From Bdellovibrionota bacterium (GTDB taxonomy: Bacteria; Bdellovibrionota_C; UBA2361; OMII01), in assembly GCA_044345405.1 (NCBI GenBank), contig JBIJBE010000054.1:1-20112 (forward strand): a stretch of 20,112 nt of DNA. Reading direction: 5' to 3'. Of the stretch, positions 16,937 through 20,112 are shown piece after piece. Position 1 is the stretch's first letter. Every line of letters begins with the position of its first letter. Under the pieces are notes generated by a model. The model was not told the DNA's origin, ran no database searches, and saw only the letters and a list, made by a program, of their open reading frames with translations. The translations under genes and the position numbers were made by a program.

Positions 16937-17082
16937 GATCCCCACCCGATCGGCCACCGGAATGCCGTCGCAACCCACTGAAATCAAACGCTTCTTTAGC
17001 TACAACCAGGACTGCTTAAGTACCTCGTTCCCACAGCCGAGTTTATACGTAGGAACGAAGTGGCAACCAAGCGGGAGGCCCC

Positions 17083-17481
17083 ATGAGCACATATCTGGAA
17101 GAGCCACAGGTCATGATTATCGATGACATGTTGGCGAGCCGAGCAATCGTAAAAGACATGCTCGCCGAGATGGGAATCACCCGAGTTGCTGAAGCTGCCG
17201 ATGGACGCGAGGCGCTGGTGAAATTACAACAACACCGCGCTCAATTAATCATCTGCGACCTCATAATGGATGAGATGCACGGAGCATCCCTCCTGTCTCA
17301 GCTCAAGAAACATGCGACGCTTCATAAGATCCCCTTTATGATGATGAGTAGCTGCTCGGAGGAGCCGATCATCAAGGCGGCGCTCCTGATGGGAGCAAAA
17401 GACTTTCTCGTAAAGCCGCTCGCGTTTAAAACTTTTCGCGAAAGGGTCCTCAAGGTAGTGCGAGGGGGAGATAGCTGGTAA
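17083..17481 (+). CDS. Single-domain response regulator (CheY-like receiver)
   Basis: IIDD acidic pocket, AADGREAL, ICD phosphoacceptor, MSS and FLVKP motifs. GGGAGG ribosome-binding site. Confidence 0.92.
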   Translation: MSTYLEEPQVMIIDDMLASRAIVKDMLAEMGITRVAEAADGREALVKLQQHRAQLIICDLIMDEMHGASLLSQLKKHATLHKIPFMMMSSCSEEPIIKAALLMGAKDFLVKPLAFKTFRERVLKVVRGGDSW

Positions 17482-17493
17482 AGGGACCAGCTA
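17472..17493. terminator. Hairpin between convergent genes (possible terminator)
   Basis: 8-bp stem TAGCTGGT/ACCAGCTA with loop AAAGGG; no clear U-tract. Confidence 0.3.
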
Positions 17494-17513
17494 CCGCCCA
17501 AACAACCATACCA

Positions 17514-17897
17514 CTAATGCGCGGCCATCTTACGGCAACTTTCGGCGCATCGTTTACACACCTCCGCGCACCGTTTCATGAACTCCTCTGAACCGGTCTG
17601 ATAGCAATCGTCCGAACACTCCTTGCATACCTCAGCGCACGCGCCACATGTATACACATGTTGTTTTGAGCCACTCAGAAGAAACTCCGCGCTCGTGCCA
17701 CAGATCCGCGCGCAGTTTATCAACATCATGATGTGGTCGGGAGCGGCGTGCTTCCCTCCAGCCTGAAGACATTGAGGTATCGTCTCAAGACACACACCGG
17801 CGCACTCAAGACAATTCCTCATGCACTCCTCCATCTCGCTATTTCGGCGTTTACCAACAACACTTCCCATCGACGCTCCAGTTGAACCCGTTTGCAT
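17514..17897 (-). CDS. Four-helix-bundle copper-binding/storage protein (Csp3/DUF326-like)
   Basis: 16 Cys in CxxxC/CxxC arrays (CMRNCLECAGVC, CARIC, CGACAEVCKECSDDC, CAEVCKRCAESC). AAGGAG ribosome-binding site; no hydrophobic signal segment. Confidence 0.9.
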   Translation of the reverse strand: MQTGSTGASMGSVVGKRRNSEMEECMRNCLECAGVCLETIPQCLQAGGKHAAPDHIMMLINCARICGTSAEFLLSGSKQHVYTCGACAEVCKECSDDCYQTGSEEFMKRCAEVCKRCAESCRKMAAH

Positions 17898-18230
17898 ACC
17901 TTTCTCCTTACATGCGTTATGCGACTTAGTTGTGCCGATTGGAGCGAGAGGTCGATATGGGACCTATCATGGGCGCGCTCCCGACGTGTGGAGCTGGCCG
18001 CTACCGCCCTGTTCCCCCTTGCTCAACGCGGCACTGGCCGAGGTTGGTGCTCCTCGGCGCGACCAACAGGGCCTTCAGACTGGACGTAAGCCCCCTCAAC
18101 AAGGGAACTCCTCCTCACAGCCCCTAATCCGTTGGGCACGCCTGTAGACAAGGCGGTCAGGTTGTTCAAAACTGCCAGTGGTTTAGAGACACCGATCCGG
18201 TCCCTGCGGGGCCCGTCGTTCGGATTTTTT

Positions 18231-20112
18231 GTGTTCCGCTCTGTGTCTTCGAGTTCTCACACAACACACTCCTCTGCCAAAAGAACCCAGGTCGCGCTTA
18301 TGCTCGCGATCCTGCTCTTCGCCGTTGCCGCGTTTCCACGCATGTCGGGAGTTGGCACCGCCCCGATGCAGGCGGATGAGAAGCATTGGATCATGCGCGC
18401 TCATGTTATGAAGCAGCGCATCGCGAAGCACTGGCAGCACTACTCGACTCACCTTGCCCATCCGGGAGTTTTCCCCGCCGCTGTGCTGATGTCAGGCCAG
18501 ATCGGCGCCAAGGTGTACAGCAAAGCGCACGAGGCGATAACCGGGGCTCCAGCCACGGTTCGTCCCCTCACGGCTTCACGTTCCGCGAACGCGCTTTTCT
18601 CAAGCCTCCTTGCCCCTCTCATATTCCTCTTCCTCATTCCGTGGACATCTCGATCGGTCGCGTTCTGCGTGGGGTTCCTCCTCGCCTTAGGGCCGCGAAT
18701 GATCGACCTCAGCACGCTCGCCCACGTCGATACGAGCTTCGCGGTAGTCACAACGATTACCATCATGGTCTACCTAACCGCTTTGCGACGCGCGAGCGTC
18801 CCCCTCAAACTTGTGGCGGGTTTCTTTTTCGGTCTCTGTATCCTCTCCAAACCTACCTCCATAGCGCTTATTCCCGCGTTCATCCTCGCGAAAGCGATCC
18901 TGCGATTCCGATGGCCTGAGGCCTATAAAGAAGCGCCGGTCGCGTGGTCTGACGTATGGGTAGGACTAGTGAGCTTGCTCGTTTTTGTAGGTGGGTACAC
19001 AAGACTCTGGTATCACCATAAACCCTATCCCGAGTGGGAGGGTATCGATCGGACTATCCCCGAGTTGCTGTACACGATCGGAACGGAGCTTCAGTCTGGT
19101 ACAGCGTCCATCGCGTTGGTCATGCTGGTCGGGTCGATCGCAATACTCCTCGCAAAAAAGTTGTTTACTCGCACGCCACTTACGTGGGTGTACCATGTCT
19201 TGGCTATCGGATGCGCTATCTCCCTAGCGTGGGCTCTAATGCCCGTGGCGTTTGAGAACCTCACCATCTACTACATGCGGGTCTTCGCCCTCACCGGTGT
19301 GGAGCACCGCTCGTTCCACGGTTCAACACCTCCTATTCCCGGCGGCTATCTTACGCTCGCATTAGTGGATGTCCCTCCCCTTGTGGTGATCTCGACCTTG
19401 CTCACGCCGCTGCTGCTCATCCCGCGGATTCGACGGGCGCTCACTGAGAAGGAGCAGCAACTCTGGATTATGGCGTGCTGCACCGGCTTCGTGTGGATAC
19501 TTTTTCTCTCGACCTCGTCGAAGCAGGCGTGGAGATACGCTATCCCTGTCGCGCCGCAACTCTACATCATCGGAACCCTTACACTCTGCGCGCTTGGACG
19601 TTTCATAGAGACCCCGCGGCTTCCCTTCGTTCTGCTGATCTTAGGACAACTGAAAGCCGTGTACCGTGGGTATCCTGATTGGGACCTCTACCAAAGTCTT
19701 TTCGCTCCTCCCCCTCAGTTAGCCTACGAGATCGGCGCGTTCCATCCCCGAACCGGGCAGGTTGAGGCGCTTCGCTTCTTCGCCGAACAATCTCGACAAC
19801 GCGCGAAGAAGATCTACGTGACCGTCTTCGGAGATGGAAAAACGCTTTCCACTGAGGCGGATCGATGGCTTGGCGAACGCGCGAACCACCTCTTCTTTGG
19901 ATACTACCGGGAGGACCGGGCCGATTACGTTCTCGTGCAAGGGAATCTAAAAGTCACGGACGTGCGCTTTGAGAGACACCTGACGAAACAGCCGGTCTAC
20001 GTTGCGCAGGCAAAGGGAGTGCCCTTCATCTCCATCTATGAGGTTACGCACGAGGCAACGCCAGTCATCACGGGTGAGGCTCCATCATCGAGCTCGGACG
20101 AACGTGGTAATC
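18231..20112 (+). CDS. GT-C fold membrane glycosyltransferase (ArnT/PMT-like); 3' end outside the window
   Basis: Manual translation: TM1 (VALMLAILLFAVAAFPR), then MQADEKHW (DE motif), HPG, LAHVD, FGLCILSKPT, many TM segments and KQAWRYAIP. The same frame is open at the window end. Not in the ORF track. The start could be GTG 18231, GTG 18243 or ATG 18300. Confidence 0.82.
   Translation, partial: MFRSVSSSSHTTHSSAKRTQVALMLAILLFAVAAFPRMSGVGTAPMQADEKHWIMRAHVMKQRIAKHWQHYSTHLAHPGVFPAAVLMSGQIGAKVYSKAHEAITGAPATVRPLTASRSANALFSSLLAPLIFLFLIPWTSRSVAFCVGFLLALGPRMIDLSTLAHVDTSFAVVTTITIMVYLTALRRASVPLKLVAGFFFGLCILSKPTSIALIPAFILAKAILRFRWPEAYKEAPVAWSDVWVGLVSLLVFVGGYTRLWYHHKPYPEWEGIDRTIPELLYTIGTELQSGTASIALVMLVGSIAILLAKKLFTRTPLTWVYHVLAIGCAISLAWALMPVAFENLTIYYMRVFALTGVEHRSFHGSTPPIPGGYLTLALVDVPPLVVISTLLTPLLLIPRIRRALTEKEQQLWIMACCTGFVWILFLSTSSKQAWRYAIPVAPQLYIIGTLTLCALGRFIETPRLPFVLLILGQLKAVYRGYPDWDLYQSLFAPPPQLAYEIGAFHPRTGQVEALRFFAEQSRQRAKKIYVTVFGDGKTLSTEADRWLGERANHLFFGYYREDRADYVLVQGNLKVTDVRFERHLTKQPVYVAQAKGVPFISIYEVTHEATPVITGEAPSSSSDERGN

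Noticed and set aside
17514-17897. Tat-exported Csp1/2, suggested by KRR near the N-terminus
   Set aside because: No hydrophobic h-region follows the RR, so a cytosolic Csp3 type is more consistent.
18183-19940. Many short track ORFs at the right end
   Set aside because: They are shadows of the single long GT-C reading frame on the + strand.

Overview
Bacterial chromosomal window with no rRNA, tRNA, CRISPR array or transposase recognised. From left to right: (1) the 5' part (>1160 codons, runs off the left edge, missing from the ORF track) of a large secreted adhesin-like protein on the minus strand, with a Thr/Ala/Pro-rich linker, a predicted beta-helix region and Thr/Pro tandem repeats; (2) an ~830-bp non-coding region with several inverted repeats, followed by a (CGATCAG)x16 array; (3) rmlA and argS, where ArgRS carries an unusual ~145-aa insertion resembling a PheT-B2/Trbp111 tRNA-binding OB-fold; (4) dacB (PBP4); (5) a translationally coupled DUF72 - TerC/Alx - MscS-cNMP operon; (6) a 776-aa adenosine-deaminase-family protein with an unknown N-terminal domain and a C-terminal SLOG-like domain; (7) a Cys-rich secreted protein, a hypothetical protein, an orphan CheY-like receiver and a Csp3-like copper-storage protein; (8) a GT-C (ArnT/PMT-like) membrane glycosyltransferase running off the right edge, also missing from the ORF track. 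The two strongest candidates for novel biology are the ArgRS OB-fold insertion and the deaminase-SLOG fusion. All domain calls come from reading motifs by eye; no searches were run.
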